Assembly (NCBI RefSeq): GCF_055900595.2
Contig: NZ_CM148325.1
Length of the DNA stretch: 64,000 nucleotides
Strand: one strand, 5' to 3'
Position 1 is the stretch's first letter; the number at the start of each line of letters is the position of its first letter. Under the pieces are notes generated by a model. The model was given only the letters and a program-made list of their open reading frames with translations, made no database searches and was not told the origin of the DNA. The position numbers and the translations under genes were made by a program. This document shows positions 1-14,542 of the stretch, piece after piece.

Positions 1-79
1 TGTGTTTAACTAACTGATAATACTAGGATATGACGAGAGAAGTGATAGAGCGGAATAATAACAAATGAACATTATGAAA

Positions 80-115
80 ACTGGAATGGTTCAAAATTGT
101 AGCAATTTTGAACCA
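80..115 (-). terminator. Candidate terminator hairpin downstream of yqeG
   Basis: Perfect 12-bp inverted repeat tggttcaaaatt/aattttgaacca (87-98 and 104-115) with 5-nt loop, T-rich on the minus-strand 3' side. Confidence 0.4.
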
Positions 116-128
116 TTCACAACGGATA

Positions 129-1358
129 TTAGCTAAAGAACATTACCGATACGCACAGGATACCCACGATCAGCGTAATCAGATTTCCGATGGAACGCCA
201 GGGTTTAAGCGCCGGGATGAGATATGTTGACAGCGTAGGCATGATGAAAAGTATCATGGCAATGAGCGGGCCGCTGATCGCGTAAATCATCGAAATCGCG
301 TTCGGGTTAATGCAACAAACAAAGAAGGTAATGAGCGATACCAACATAATTGATAGTGCGCGGTTAAATGCACGACTTTTCTTTACACCAACCTGCTGTA
401 GTGTTGTTTTGACGACCTCCGTGGCACCTTCAATAACGCCAAAGTACGTACCCAGGAATGATTTCGACATCGCAACTACTGCGACAATAATCCCGGAAAT
501 TGACAACCATGCTGGGGCGTTCGGCAGCATAGAAAGCGCCGATAAAATGGTAACCCCTTCTTCTTTAGCCGCTTCAATATACGAAGGTGGAATAGAAAGC
601 AGGCAGCTAAAGACAAAGAACAGTACACTTATGCAGATGATGAGATAAGCGACTTTCATAATTTTTTTGCATTTATCCATAGCGTGTTCGCCATATTTTT
701 CACGTCTGTCTATGGCAAACGTAGAAATAATGGGCGTATGGCTAAAGGCGAAAACCATCACGGGAATCGATATCCATATCTGGTGAAGGGTATTCTGATT
801 GAACTCTACCTGGGTAGTTAATAGATCAGGTTGCCAACTACCGACCAGGTAAATAGATAGAAATAAGAAATAGGCAATCAATGGGAATACCAAAAATCCC
901 ATTACCCGAATAGTGGCATGGCGTCCCATCAGAAAAATGAGATTCAGAATTAATACAACACCCAGACTCACCAACATACGGATGCGAAGATCAATAACCA
1001 TATGCTTTGCCAGCTGTTCCGTAAGTGAGTTGGTAATTGCCACGGCATATATCAACACGACGACAAAAAAGGCGATGAAGTACAGCGTGGTAATCAGATT
1101 ACCAATCTTCTTGCCATAGTAGTGTGTTACCGCGCCCGTTATCCCTTCACCTGCTGATGTTTTTGATGAGAGGATGAATTGGCATAAGGCTTTATGTGGC
1201 CAATATGTTAAAGGCCAGGCGACCAGAGCAGTAATAAACAGGACCACAGCCCCTGCCGAACCTAACTGAATAGGAAGGAAGAGCGTGCCTGCACCAACGG
1301 CTGTGCCGTAGAGTGCGAAACTCCACAGAGTTTCTTCTTTTGACCAAATCTTAGACAT
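129..1358 (-). CDS. yqeG: Putative amino-acid (HAAAP/SdaC-TdcC-like) transporter YqeG
   Basis: 409-aa ORF, highly hydrophobic multi-pass membrane protein; divergent from yqeF as in the E. coli yqeG-yqeF arrangement. Confidence 0.85.
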   Translation of the reverse strand: MSKIWSKEETLWSFALYGTAVGAGTLFLPIQLGSAGAVVLFITALVAWPLTYWPHKALCQFILSSKTSAGEGITGAVTHYYGKKIGNLITTLYFIAFFVVVLIYAVAITNSLTEQLAKHMVIDLRIRMLVSLGVVLILNLIFLMGRHATIRVMGFLVFPLIAYFLFLSIYLVGSWQPDLLTTQVEFNQNTLHQIWISIPVMVFAFSHTPIISTFAIDRREKYGEHAMDKCKKIMKVAYLIICISVLFFVFSCLLSIPPSYIEAAKEEGVTILSALSMLPNAPAWLSISGIIVAVVAMSKSFLGTYFGVIEGATEVVKTTLQQVGVKKSRAFNRALSIMLVSLITFFVCCINPNAISMIYAISGPLIAMILFIMPTLSTYLIPALKPWRSIGNLITLIVGILCVSVMFFS

Positions 1359-1612
1359 TATTTGAACGTATCATCTACAAATTAAACAAAATGGAGGGCA
1401 ATTTACCATAAACCAGGTTCAGTATGGGAGATTAACGCCATATCTACCCCTCTATTGGTGGGTTAGTGGTTGCAAACCTTACGTGCCAGTTATGTCTCTG
1501 AGTGCTGGTCAGGCGTATTTCCTTTGTGATAAAAATCACTTTTTTTAAACAATTAAGATAACTGTAATTAACAATCATTTACTATTGCACTGTCAATTGG
1601 TGCGAGGTTGTG

Positions 1613-2794
1613 ATGAAAGACGTTGTGATTGTCGGGGCGTTACGGACACCTATCGGCTGTTTTCGTGGTGCGTTAGCGGGTCATTCCGCCGTGGAACTTG
1701 GCAGCCTGGTCGTGAAAGCGTTAATAGAACGTACCGGTGTTTCTGCATATGCGGTGGATGAAGTGATTCTTGGTCAGGTGTTGACTGCAGGGGCAGGGCA
1801 AAATCCGGCAAGGCAATCGGCTATTAAAGGTGGTCTTCCTAACAGCGTTTCTGCAATCACTATTAATGACGTTTGCGGTTCCGGGCTTAAAGCACTGCAT
1901 CTGGCTACTCAGGCGATCCAGTGTGGCGAGGCGGATATTGTCATCGCCGGTAGCCAGGAAAACATGAGCCGCGCACCACACGTTCTTACAGATAGCCGCA
2001 CCGGTGCACAGCTTGGCAATAGCCAGTTGGTTGATAGTCTGGTGCATGACGGCTTGTGGGATGCCTTCAATGATTATCATATTGGTGTCACCGCCGAAAA
2101 TCTGGCTCGCGAATATGGCATCAGCCGTCAGTTGCAGGATGCTTACGCACTTAGCTCGCAACAAAAAGCGCGAGCGGCGATTGACGCCGGACGATTTAAA
2201 GATGAAATCGTCCCGGTAATGACCCAAAGTAACGGTCAGGCGTTGGTTGTTGATACCGATGAACAGCCACGCACTGACGCCAGTGCAGAAGGCTTGGCCC
2301 GTTTAAATCCTTCATTTGATAGTCTCGGTTCTGTGACAGCGGGTAATGCATCATCCATAAACGATGGCGCAGCTGCGGTAATGATGATGAGCGAAGCCAA
2401 AGCGCGAGCGTTGAATTTACCCGTGCTTGCCCGCATTCGCGCATTTGCCAGCGTTGGTGTAGATCCGGCATTAATGGGAATTGCGCCGGTGTATGCGACA
2501 CGCCGTTGCCTGGAACGTGTCGGCTGGCAGTTGGCTGATGTCGATCTTATTGAGGCTAATGAAGCGTTTGCTGCTCAGGCGCTTTCGGTTGGCAAGATGC
2601 TTGAATGGGATGAGCGTCGGGTCAATGTTAATGGTGGCGCGATCGCGCTCGGTCACCCAATAGGCGCGTCCGGTTGCCGAATCCTGGTTTCTCTGGTTCA
2701 TGAAATGGTGAAACGTAATGCCCGCAAAGGACTGGCTACGCTTTGTATCGGCGGGGGCCAGGGCGTGGCATTGACCATTGAACGTGACGAATAG
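1613..2794 (+). CDS. yqeF: Acetyl-CoA C-acetyltransferase (thiolase II family) YqeF
   Basis: 393 aa from ATG at 1613 (track ORF begins one codon earlier at GTG); thiolase motifs including active-site Cys in NDVCGSGLKA and C-terminal CIGGGQG. Confidence 0.9.
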   Translation: MKDVVIVGALRTPIGCFRGALAGHSAVELGSLVVKALIERTGVSAYAVDEVILGQVLTAGAGQNPARQSAIKGGLPNSVSAITINDVCGSGLKALHLATQAIQCGEADIVIAGSQENMSRAPHVLTDSRTGAQLGNSQLVDSLVHDGLWDAFNDYHIGVTAENLAREYGISRQLQDAYALSSQQKARAAIDAGRFKDEIVPVMTQSNGQALVVDTDEQPRTDASAEGLARLNPSFDSLGSVTAGNASSINDGAAAVMMMSEAKARALNLPVLARIRAFASVGVDPALMGIAPVYATRRCLERVGWQLADVDLIEANEAFAAQALSVGKMLEWDERRVNVNGGAIALGHPIGASGCRILVSLVHEMVKRNARKGLATLCIGGGQGVALTIERDE

Positions 2795-2950
2795 CTCTGC
2801 ATTTCCTCCTTACCGATAAATATCAGCCGTCATTAATCTGTTGAATAATGGTGGCTGGCGAGTCGACATACATTTTCAGGGCTCCCTGATTTTTCCATTC
2901 TCATGACATATTCGTGATCGACACTGCACTTTTTTCAGTCCTTACCTTAA

Positions 2951-2971
2951 AAATGAAATATTGTTTTATTT
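2951..2971. promoter_or_regulatory. KdgR-type operator upstream of kduI
   Basis: aaatgaaatattgttttattt closely matches the palindromic KdgR box AAATGAAACA-N-TGTTTCATTT; lies about 110 bp upstream of the kduI start. Confidence 0.5.
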
Positions 2972-3080
2972 TTAATTGAAAACCCTATCCCGTGGGCATA
3001 TCATCCCCTTATAGAGAAAACGAAACAGCGTTTCACTATCGTTTTCTATTTTCACGCTTCACTGATTATCGGAGGTTGAT

Positions 3081-3917
3081 GTGGACGTAAGACAGAGCAT
3101 CCACAGTGCGCATGCAAAAACGCTGGATACCCAGGGGTTGCGCAATGAATTTTTGGTTGAAAAGGTATTTGTCGCCGATGAGTACACCATGGTTTACAGC
3201 CACATTGACCGTATTATTGTTGGCGGCATTATGCCGGTAACTAAAACGGTTTCCGTTGGCGGGGAAGTTGGTAAACAACTCGGGGTAAGCTATTTCCTGG
3301 AACGTCGCGAGCTAGGTGTTATCAATATTGGCGGTGCCGGTACGATTACCGTCGATGGTCAATGCTATGAAATCGGTCACCGCGAAGCCCTGTATGTTGG
3401 TAAAGGCGCAAAAGAAGTTGTCTTTGCCAGTATTGATACCGCTACTCCGGCGAAGTTTTATTACAATTGCGCACCTGCGCATACGACGTATCCCACCAAA
3501 AAAGTCACACCGGACGAAGTATCTCCAGTCACGTTAGGCGATAACCTCACCAGCAACCGTCGCACGATTAACAAATATTTTGTCCCGGATGTGCTGGAAA
3601 CCTGCCAATTGAGTATGGGGCTGACGGAGCTGGCTCCGGGTAACTTGTGGAACACCATGCCGTGTCACACCCACGAGCGCCGGATGGAAGTTTATTTCTA
3701 TTTCAATATGGATGATGACGCCTGCGTTTTCCACATGATGGGGCAGCCGCAAGAAACGCGTCATATTGTGATGCATAACGAGCAGGCGGTGATCTCCCCG
3801 AGCTGGTCGATCCATTCCGGTGTCGGAACCAAAGCTTATACCTTTATCTGGGGCATGGTCGGTGAAAACCAGGTCTTTGATGATATGGACCATGTGGCCG
3901 TTAAAGATTTGCGCTAG
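3081..3917 (+). CDS. kduI: 4-deoxy-L-threo-5-hexosulose-uronate ketol-isomerase
   Basis: 278-aa ORF with GTG start preceded by ggagg RBS; cupin-type KduI sequence, followed by kduD. Confidence 0.93.
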   Translation: MDVRQSIHSAHAKTLDTQGLRNEFLVEKVFVADEYTMVYSHIDRIIVGGIMPVTKTVSVGGEVGKQLGVSYFLERRELGVINIGGAGTITVDGQCYEIGHREALYVGKGAKEVVFASIDTATPAKFYYNCAPAHTTYPTKKVTPDEVSPVTLGDNLTSNRRTINKYFVPDVLETCQLSMGLTELAPGNLWNTMPCHTHERRMEVYFYFNMDDDACVFHMMGQPQETRHIVMHNEQAVISPSWSIHSGVGTKAYTFIWGMVGENQVFDDMDHVAVKDLR

Positions 3918-3946
3918 TTGTGGGCATAAACGAATAAGGTATTGTT

Positions 3947-4708
3947 ATGATTTTAAGTGCATTTTCTCTCGAAGGTAAAGTTGCGGTCGTCACTGGTTGT
4001 GATACTGGACTGGGTCAGGGGATGGCGTTGGGGCTGGCGCAAGCGGGCTGTGACATTGTTGGCATTAACATCGTTGAACCGACTGAAACCGTCAAGCAGG
4101 TCACGGCGCTGGGGCGTCGTTTTTTAAGCCTGACCGCCGATCTGCGAAAGATTGATGGTATTCCTGGACTGCTGGATCGCGCGGTAGCTGAGTTTGGTCA
4201 TATTGATATCCTGGTGAATAACGCCGGATTGATTCGGCGCGAAGATGCTCTCGAGTTCAGCGAAAAAGACTGGGACGATGTCATGAACCTGAATATCAAG
4301 AGCGTATTCTTCATGTCTCAGGCAGCGGCGAAACACTTTATCGCACAAGGCAATGGCGGCAAGATTATCAATATCGCGTCAATGCTCTCCTTCCAGGGCG
4401 GGATCCGTGTGCCTTCTTATACCGCATCAAAAAGCGGCGTGATGGGCGTGACGCGATTGATGGCGAATGAATGGGCTAAACACAACATTAATGTTAATGC
4501 GATAGCTCCGGGTTACATGGCGACCAACAATACTCAACAACTACGGGCAGATGAACAACGTAGCGCGGAAATTCTCGACCGCATTCCAGCTGGCCGTTGG
4601 GGACTGCCGAGTGACCTGATGGGGCCGGTAGTGTTTCTTGCCTCCAGTGCTTCAGATTATGTGAATGGTTATACCATTGCCGTGGATGGCGGTTGGCTGG
4701 CTCGTTAA
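3947..4708 (+). CDS. kduD: 2-dehydro-3-deoxy-D-gluconate 5-dehydrogenase (SDR family)
   Basis: 253 aa; short-chain dehydrogenase with N-terminal TGCDTGLG Rossmann motif and YTASK catalytic motif; adjacent to kduI. Confidence 0.93.
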   Translation: MILSAFSLEGKVAVVTGCDTGLGQGMALGLAQAGCDIVGINIVEPTETVKQVTALGRRFLSLTADLRKIDGIPGLLDRAVAEFGHIDILVNNAGLIRREDALEFSEKDWDDVMNLNIKSVFFMSQAAAKHFIAQGNGGKIINIASMLSFQGGIRVPSYTASKSGVMGVTRLMANEWAKHNINVNAIAPGYMATNNTQQLRADEQRSAEILDRIPAGRWGLPSDLMGPVVFLASSASDYVNGYTIAVDGGWLAR

Positions 4709-4730
4709 TCCATTCTTCTTACTTTTATGA

Positions 4731-4754
4731 CCCTGCCGCATGGCAGGGTTTTTT
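4731..4754 (+). terminator. Rho-independent terminator after kduD
   Basis: Hairpin ccctgcc-gcat-ggcaggg followed by a run of six T. Confidence 0.7.
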
Positions 4755-4965
4755 ATACCTGTAGATCATCATAATCCATATCATGGTTATGAAATAATCC
4801 ATATCAATTATCAATTAGTGAACTTTATGAATTTTATCTGCTTTAAAATTAGTTGGTTAATAATAATCTCAATAATTCAACTTAATTTGAAAATTGGAAT
4901 ATCCATCACATAACGACATGTCGCAGCAATTTAATCCATATTTATGCTATTTCCGACCTGACACC

Positions 4966-4983
4966 TGTGTGAATTGTTCACGT
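4966..4983. promoter_or_regulatory. CRP-like site in araE promoter region
   Basis: tgtgaattgttcacg fits the TGTGA-N6-TCACA consensus; upstream tccata-type repeats resemble AraC half-sites. Confidence 0.45.
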
Positions 4984-5022
4984 ATTTTTTCACTATGTCT
5001 TACTCTCTGCTGGCAGGAAAAA

Positions 5023-6441
5023 ATGGTTACTATCAATACGGAATCTGCTTTAACGCCACGTTCTTTGCGGGATACGCGGCGTATGAATATGTTTGTTTCG
5101 GTAGCTGCTGCGGTCGCAGGATTGTTATTTGGTCTTGATATCGGCGTAATCGCCGGAGCCTTGCCGTTCATTACCGATCACTTTGTGCTGACCAGCCGTT
5201 TGCAGGAATGGGTGGTTAGTAGCATGATGCTCGGCGCAGCAATTGGTGCGCTGTTTAATGGGTGGCTGTCGTTCCGCCTGGGGCGTAAATACAGCCTGAT
5301 GGCGGGGGCTATCCTTTTTGTGCTCGGTTCGATAGGGTCCGCTTTTGCGACCAGCGTAGAGATGTTAATCGCCGCTCGTGTGGTGCTGGGCATTGCTGTC
5401 GGGATCGCGTCTTACACCGCTCCTCTGTATCTTTCTGAAATGGCAAGTGAAAACGTTCGCGGTAAGATGATCAGTATGTACCAGTTGATGGTCACACTCG
5501 GCATCGTGCTGGCGTTTTTATCCGATACAGCGTTCAGTTATAGCGGTAACTGGCGCGCAATGTTGGGGGTTCTTGCTTTACCAGCAGTCCTGCTGATTAT
5601 TCTGGTGGTCTTCCTGCCAAATAGCCCGCGCTGGCTGGCGGAAAAGGGGCGTCATATTGAGGCGGAAGAAGTGTTGCGTATGCTGCGCGATACGTCGGAA
5701 AAAGCGCGAGAAGAACTCAACGAAATTCGTGAAAGCCTGAAGTTAAAACAGGGCGGTTGGGCACTGTTTAAGATCAACCGTAACGTCCGTCGTGCTGTGT
5801 TTCTCGGTATGTTGTTGCAGGCGATGCAGCAGTTTACCGGTATGAACATCATCATGTACTACGCGCCGCGTATCTTCAAAATGGCGGGCTTTACGACCAC
5901 AGAACAACAGATGATTGCGACTCTGGTCGTAGGGCTGACCTTTATGTTCGCCACCTTCATTGCGGTCTTTACGGTAGATAAAGCAGGGCGTAAGCCGGCT
6001 CTGAAAATTGGTTTCAGCGTGATGGCGTTAGGCACTCTGGTGCTGGGTTACTGCCTGATGCAGTTTGATAACGGTACGGCTTCCAGTGGCTTGTCCTGGC
6101 TCTCTGTTGGCATGACGATGATGTGTATTGCCGGTTATGCGATGAGCGCCGCGCCAGTGGTGTGGATCCTGTGCTCTGAAATTCAGCCGCTGAAATGCCG
6201 CGATTTTGGCATCACCTGCTCAACGACGACAAACTGGGTGTCGAATATGATTATCGGCGCGACCTTCCTGACACTGCTTGATAGCATTGGCGCTGCCGGT
6301 ACGTTCTGGCTCTACACTGCGCTGAACATTGCGTTTGTGGGCATCACTTTCTGGCTCATTCCGGAAACCAAAAATGTCACGCTGGAACATATCGAACGCA
6401 AACTGATGGCAGGCGAGAAGTTGAGAAATATCGGCGTCTGA
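5023..6441 (+). CDS. araE: Arabinose:H+ symporter (MFS sugar porter)
   Basis: 472 aa from ATG at 5023 ([15 protein letters not shown]...), preceded by aggaaa RBS; the track ORF start at 4894 is an upstream in-frame extension through the promoter; MFS sugar transporter motifs. Confidence 0.92.
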   Translation: MVTINTESALTPRSLRDTRRMNMFVSVAAAVAGLLFGLDIGVIAGALPFITDHFVLTSRLQEWVVSSMMLGAAIGALFNGWLSFRLGRKYSLMAGAILFVLGSIGSAFATSVEMLIAARVVLGIAVGIASYTAPLYLSEMASENVRGKMISMYQLMVTLGIVLAFLSDTAFSYSGNWRAMLGVLALPAVLLIILVVFLPNSPRWLAEKGRHIEAEEVLRMLRDTSEKAREELNEIRESLKLKQGGWALFKINRNVRRAVFLGMLLQAMQQFTGMNIIMYYAPRIFKMAGFTTTEQQMIATLVVGLTFMFATFIAVFTVDKAGRKPALKIGFSVMALGTLVLGYCLMQFDNGTASSGLSWLSVGMTMMCIAGYAMSAAPVVWILCSEIQPLKCRDFGITCSTTTNWVSNMIIGATFLTLLDSIGAAGTFWLYTALNIAFVGITFWLIPETKNVTLEHIERKLMAGEKLRNIGV

Positions 6442-6447
6442 TTTCAC

Positions 6448-6480
6448 GGGCCGGATGTGCTGTACATCCGGCCCTTTTTT
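6448..6480 (+). terminator. Rho-independent terminator after araE
   Basis: 11-bp stem gggccggatgt/acatccggccc with 5-nt loop, followed by a run of six T. Confidence 0.75.
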
Positions 6481-6569
6481 CGTTAATAGAGATTGGGCAC
6501 CTGGCCGTTGAGGCGTTTGTCTCGTTCCTTATTCAGCCTTGTTGCGGTAACACACATCAGGAGAGAGGA

Positions 6570-7262
6570 ATGAAAACAATTGGTTTGCTGGGAGGAATGA
6601 GTTGGGAATCCACTATTCCTTATTATCGTCTGATTAATGAAGGTATTAAACAGCGGCTTGGTGGGCTTCACTCTGCGCAAGTGCTGCTACATAGCGTCGA
6701 TTTTCATGAAATAGAAGAGTGCCAGCGTCGCGGCGAGTGGGACAAAACCGGGGATATTCTGGCTGAGGCGGCGCTTGGCTTACAGCGGGCGGGCGCAGAA
6801 GGCATTGTGTTATGTACCAACACGATGCACAAAGTGGCGGATGCCATTGAGTCTCGTTGCTCTCTGCCTTTCTTACATATAGCGGATGCCACTGGACGTG
6901 CAATTATCCGGGCTGGGATGACTCGTGTGGCGCTGCTGGGTACGCGTTACACCATGGAACAGGATTTTTATCGCGGGCGGCTGACGGAACAATTTTCCAT
7001 CAACTGTCTCATTCCTGAAGCGGATGAACGGGCGAAAATTAATCAGATTATTTTTGAAGAACTGTGTCTGGGGCAATTTACCGAAGCGTCACGCACTTAT
7101 TATGCGCAAGTGATTGCTCGCCTTGCAGAACAGGGCGCACAGGGTGTCATTTTTGGCTGTACGGAAATTGGTTTACTGGTGCCAGACGAGCGCAGTGTTC
7201 TGCCTGTGTTTGATACCGCGGCGATCCATGCCGAGGATGCTGTCGCTTTTATGCTGTCGTAG
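6570..7262 (+). CDS. ygeA: Asp/Glu/hydantoin-family amino-acid racemase YgeA
   Basis: 230-aa ORF with racemase-like sequence; position between araE and lysR matches K-12 order. Confidence 0.85.
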   Translation: MKTIGLLGGMSWESTIPYYRLINEGIKQRLGGLHSAQVLLHSVDFHEIEECQRRGEWDKTGDILAEAALGLQRAGAEGIVLCTNTMHKVADAIESRCSLPFLHIADATGRAIIRAGMTRVALLGTRYTMEQDFYRGRLTEQFSINCLIPEADERAKINQIIFEELCLGQFTEASRTYYAQVIARLAEQGAQGVIFGCTEIGLLVPDERSVLPVFDTAAIHAEDAVAFMLS

Positions 7263-8184
7263 CTGACGACAAAATAGCGTCAAGAGAAGTGACCAGTTTC
7301 GGTAATCCCGCTTGTAAATGCTCACTAAACGCCTGAACCAGCGCTGATGACGGGCGGTGCAGGGGGCGGATCAGGCTGACGGTGAACGGAACCGCAATAC
7401 TGAACCGCCGCACTACTAAACCGCTTGCCGCATAATCCAGTGCGGTGAGCGGGTTAACCACAGAAACACCTACCCCCGCCCGTACCATTGCGCAGACTGA
7501 CGCGGCGCTGTGGGTTTCTACGATCATGCGTCGTTTAACCTGATTCTCAGTAAACAATTGATCCAGCAACTGGCGATAGCTGTCAGTACGGGAAAGGCTG
7601 ATGTAGTTCTCACCCTGAAAATCATCCGGCGTTAATACCTTTTTTACCGCCAGCGGATGACCCGGAGGTAACACACACACTTCATCTAAAGAGAGTAATT
7701 CGGTACGTTCTGTTCCCGCAGGCGTATGGAGCGTTTCAGTGAGTCCTAAATCATGACGCTGGGCCGAGAGCCACTCTTCAAGTAGCGGTGATTCCTGGGG
7801 CACGATGTTTAAGCTGACATCGGGATAACGTGCCAGAAAGGGTTGCAGGAGCTGCGGTAAAAAAGATTGCGAAAAGACCGGCAGGCAGGCAATAGACAGT
7901 TCTCCCTGGCGAAACTCGCGCAGACTTTCTGCGGCACTGACAATGCGATCCAGTCCGTACCAGGATCGTTGCACTTCTTCAAACAGACGCAGTCCTTGCA
8001 CGGTAGGATGTAATCGTCCACGTATGCGCTCAAACAATTTCAGCCCGATCACCTTCTCAAAGCGCGCCAGTTCGCGGCTGACGGTTGGCTGTGAGGTGTG
8101 TAGCAGGTGTGCTGCCTCAGTCAGGCTTCCGGCGGTCATTACCGCATGAAAAATTTCAATATGACGTAAGTTAACGGCAGCCAT
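7249..8184 (-). CDS. lysR: LysR transcriptional activator of lysA
   Basis: 311 aa; N-terminal HTH ([23 protein letters not shown]), divergent from lysA. Confidence 0.93.
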   Translation of the reverse strand: MAAVNLRHIEIFHAVMTAGSLTEAAHLLHTSQPTVSRELARFEKVIGLKLFERIRGRLHPTVQGLRLFEEVQRSWYGLDRIVSAAESLREFRQGELSIACLPVFSQSFLPQLLQPFLARYPDVSLNIVPQESPLLEEWLSAQRHDLGLTETLHTPAGTERTELLSLDEVCVLPPGHPLAVKKVLTPDDFQGENYISLSRTDSYRQLLDQLFTENQVKRRMIVETHSAASVCAMVRAGVGVSVVNPLTALDYAASGLVVRRFSIAVPFTVSLIRPLHRPSSALVQAFSEHLQAGLPKLVTSLDAILSSATTA

Positions 8185-8305
8185 TAGCGCTCTCTCGCAA
8201 TCCGGTAATCCATATCATTTTTGCATAGACTCGACATAAATCGATATTTTTTATTCTTTTTATGATGTGGCGTAATCATAAAAAAGCACTTATCTGGAGT
8301 TTGTT
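8185..8305. promoter_or_regulatory. lysR-lysA divergent promoter/operator region
   Basis: 121-bp AT-rich intergenic segment between divergently transcribed lysR and lysA; a canonical LTTR-regulated arrangement. Confidence 0.5.
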
Positions 8306-9568
8306 ATGCCACATTCACTGTTCAGCACCGATACCGACCTCACCGCCGAAAATCTGCTGCGTTTGCCCGCAGAATTTGGCTGCCCGGTGTGGGTCTACGA
8401 TGCGCAAATTATTCGTCGGCAGATTGCAGCGCTAAAACAGTTTGATGTGGTGCGCTTCGCACAGAAAGCCTGTTCCAATATTCATATTTTGCGCTTAATG
8501 CGTGAGCAGGGCGTAAAAGTGGATTCCGTCTCGTTAGGCGAAATAGAGCGTGCACTGGTGGCGGGTTACAATCCGCAAACGCACCCCGATGATATTGTTT
8601 TTACGGCAGATGTTATCGATCAGGCGACGATTGAACGCGTCAGTGAATTGCAAATTCCGGTGAATGCGGGTTCTGTTGATATGCTCGACCAACTGGGTCA
8701 GGTTTCGCCAGGGCATCGGGTATGGCTGCGTGTTAATCCGGGGTTTGGTCACGGGCATAGCCAAAAAACCAATACCGGTGGCGAAAACAGCAAGCACGGT
8801 ATCTGGTATACCGACCTGCCCGCCGCACTGGAAGTGATACAACGTCATCATCTGCAGCTGGTCGGTGTTCACATGCATATTGGTTCCGGCGTTGATTACG
8901 CACATCTGGAGCAGGTGTGTGGTGCTATGGTGCGTCAGGTCATCGAATTTGGTCAGGATTTACAGGCTATTTCTGCGGGCGGTGGGCTTTCTATTCCTTA
9001 TCAACAGGGTGAAGAGGCGGTTGATACCGAACATTATTATGGTCTGTGGAATGCCGCGCGTGAGCAAATCGCCCGCCATTTGGGCCATCCTGTGAAACTG
9101 GAAATTGAACCGGGTCGCTTTCTGGTAGCGCAGGCTGGCGTATTAATTACTCAAGTGCGGAGCGTCAAACAAATGGGTAGCCGCCACTTTGTGCTGGTTG
9201 ATGCCGGGTTCAACGATCTGATGCGCCCGGCAATGTACGGTAGTTACCACCATATCAGTGCCCTGGCATCTGATGGTCGTTCTCTGGAACACGCACCAAC
9301 GGTGGAAACCGTCGTCGCCGGACCGTTATGTGAATCGGGCGATGTCTTTACCCAGCAGGAAGGGGGAAATGTTGAAACCCGCGCCTTGCCGGAAGTGAAG
9401 GCGGGTGATTATCTGGTACTGCATGATACGGGGGCATATGGCGCATCAATGTCATCCAACTACAACAGCCGTCCGCTGTTACCAGAAGTTCTGTTTGATA
9501 ATGGTCAGGCGCGGTTGATTCGCCGTCGCCAGACCATTGAAGAATTACTGGCGCTGGAATTGCTTTAA
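8306..9568 (+). CDS. lysA: Diaminopimelate decarboxylase
   Basis: 420 aa; PLP-dependent Orn/DAP decarboxylase fold; classic lysR-lysA pairing. Confidence 0.94.
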   Translation: MPHSLFSTDTDLTAENLLRLPAEFGCPVWVYDAQIIRRQIAALKQFDVVRFAQKACSNIHILRLMREQGVKVDSVSLGEIERALVAGYNPQTHPDDIVFTADVIDQATIERVSELQIPVNAGSVDMLDQLGQVSPGHRVWLRVNPGFGHGHSQKTNTGGENSKHGIWYTDLPAALEVIQRHHLQLVGVHMHIGSGVDYAHLEQVCGAMVRQVIEFGQDLQAISAGGGLSIPYQQGEEAVDTEHYYGLWNAAREQIARHLGHPVKLEIEPGRFLVAQAGVLITQVRSVKQMGSRHFVLVDAGFNDLMRPAMYGSYHHISALASDGRSLEHAPTVETVVAGPLCESGDVFTQQEGGNVETRALPEVKAGDYLVLHDTGAYGASMSSNYNSRPLLPEVLFDNGQARLIRRRQTIEELLALELL

Positions 9569-9574
9569 CTGCGG

Positions 9575-10606
9575 TTAGTCGCTGGTTGCATGATGACTTG
9601 CCTCCAGCGACGGAGTTGACACTGAATGGCGACGTACCAGCGTCGGACTAAAGACATTAGTGATTTCCGGGAGAGGGCGATTATCAGCCAGCGCCAAAGC
9701 CAGTTCGGCAGCCTGGGTCGCCATCGTCACGATTGGGTAACGCACGGTGGTCAGACGCGGGCGCACATAGCGTGACACCAGCACATCATCAAAGCCAATT
9801 AACGAAATCTCACCCGGTACATCAATACCATTATCATTGAGAACGCCCATCGCGCCCGCTGCCATTGAATCGTTATAACAGGCTACCGCAGTGAAATTTC
9901 TTCCTCGCCCCAAAAGCTCGGTCATTGCCTGTTCGCCGCCGCTTTCGTCCGGTTCGCCAAACGTCACCAGCCGATCATTGGCCGGAATACCACTTTCAGC
10001 GAGGGCATCGTAATAACCCTGCAGACGATCTTCGGCGTCAGAAATAGAGTGGTTAGAGCACAAATAACCAATGCGGGTATGACCTTGTTGAATTAGATGA
10101 CGCGTTGCCAGCCAGGCACCGTAACGGTCGTCCAGAGCAATACAACGGTTTTCAAAGCCAGGCAGGATACGGTTGATCAGCACCATACCGGGCATTTGTT
10201 TCATTAATGAGGCTAAGTCGGCATCCGGGATCATTTTGGCATGGACGACCAGCGCAGCGCAGCGATGGCGGATCAGTTGCTCAATGGCCTGACGCTCTTT
10301 TTGCTCGTTGTGGTAACCGTTGCCAATCAATAAGAAATTACCGGTGTGATAAGCCACCTGTTCGACCGCTTTCACCATTGCACCGAAAAACGGATCGGAA
10401 ACATCACCAACGACCAGACCGATCGTTTCAGTGGTCTGCTGCGCCAGCGCACGGGCGTTGGCGTTCGGGTGATAGCTAAGAGACTCCATTGCACTATGCA
10501 CAGCCAGTCGGGAAGCTTCGCTGGCTTTGGGTGAATTATTAATGACGCGGGAAACGGTGGCGACTGAAACGCCTGCCAGTCGGGCTACATCCTTTATGGT
10601 CGCCAT
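9575..10606 (-). CDS. galR: Galactose repressor (LacI family)
   Basis: 343 aa; N-terminal MATIKDVARLAGVSVATVSRVIN LacI-type HTH. Confidence 0.93.
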   Translation of the reverse strand: MATIKDVARLAGVSVATVSRVINNSPKASEASRLAVHSAMESLSYHPNANARALAQQTTETIGLVVGDVSDPFFGAMVKAVEQVAYHTGNFLLIGNGYHNEQKERQAIEQLIRHRCAALVVHAKMIPDADLASLMKQMPGMVLINRILPGFENRCIALDDRYGAWLATRHLIQQGHTRIGYLCSNHSISDAEDRLQGYYDALAESGIPANDRLVTFGEPDESGGEQAMTELLGRGRNFTAVACYNDSMAAGAMGVLNDNGIDVPGEISLIGFDDVLVSRYVRPRLTTVRYPIVTMATQAAELALALADNRPLPEITNVFSPTLVRRHSVSTPSLEASHHATSD

Positions 10607-10819
10607 GAAAATACCTTAGTGGGTAAACGCTTACATTCTGTCAGTGTTACGGAAAATACCTGTTGGTTCAAGTGGCGACGTGTTTTCATCGTGGGAATGT
10701 GAGCCAAACGCAAATAAATAAGACAAAAAAAGAGATTGCAAACCTTTGGTTACACTTTGCGAAACGCTGTTGCGATTGACCGCTGGTTGCGTTTGGCTTC
10801 AGGTTGCTAAAGTGGTGGT

Positions 10820-10902
10820 CCCAGAGGTATTGATAGGTGAAGTCAACTTCGGGTTGAGCACATGAATTACACCAGCCTGCGCAGATGCGCAGGTTTTTTT
10901 TT
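10820..10902 (+). ncRNA. omrB: OmrB small regulatory RNA
   Basis: Starts cccagaggtattgataggtga..., ends with hairpin cctgcgcagatgcgcagg plus a T9 run; about 83 nt; paralogous to the downstream copy. Confidence 0.85.
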
Positions 10903-11016
10903 GCCGGTCATCAATCTGTAACAGTAACCGACAATTTACACACCTCGTTGCATTTCCCTTCATTCCTTTGCGTTTTCTCGCTGGCGAAGAGTCGTCGTGC
11001 AGACCACAATCAAGAT

Positions 11017-11104
11017 CCCAGAGGTATTGATTGGTGAGATTATTCGGTACGCTCTTCGTACCCTGTCTCTTGCACCAACCTGCGCGGATGCGCAGGTTTT
11101 TTTT
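11017..11104 (+). ncRNA. omrA: OmrA small regulatory RNA
   Basis: Starts cccagaggtattgattggtgag..., same conserved 5' seed and 3' terminator (cctgcgcggatgcgcagg plus T8); about 88 nt; immediately upstream of aas. Confidence 0.85.
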
Positions 11105-11170
11105 CGCACCTAATTTACTGTCGCTCGCGTTCTTTATCTCGTGTAATCTCCCTCCATTCGCTTTTACTGA

Positions 11171-14537
<3,367 letters not shown>

Positions 14538-14542
14538 GCTTT

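Noticed and set aside
1721-2501. Antisense ORFs inside yqeF (168 aa, 101 aa and others)
   Set aside because: They lie entirely within a well-supported thiolase gene on the opposite strand and have no RBS or recognisable domain. They are typical spurious frames in GC-rich coding sequence.
4894-5022. 43-codon upstream extension of araE
   Set aside because: It runs through the CRP/AraC promoter region. The ATG at 5023 with an RBS gives the expected 472-aa transporter.
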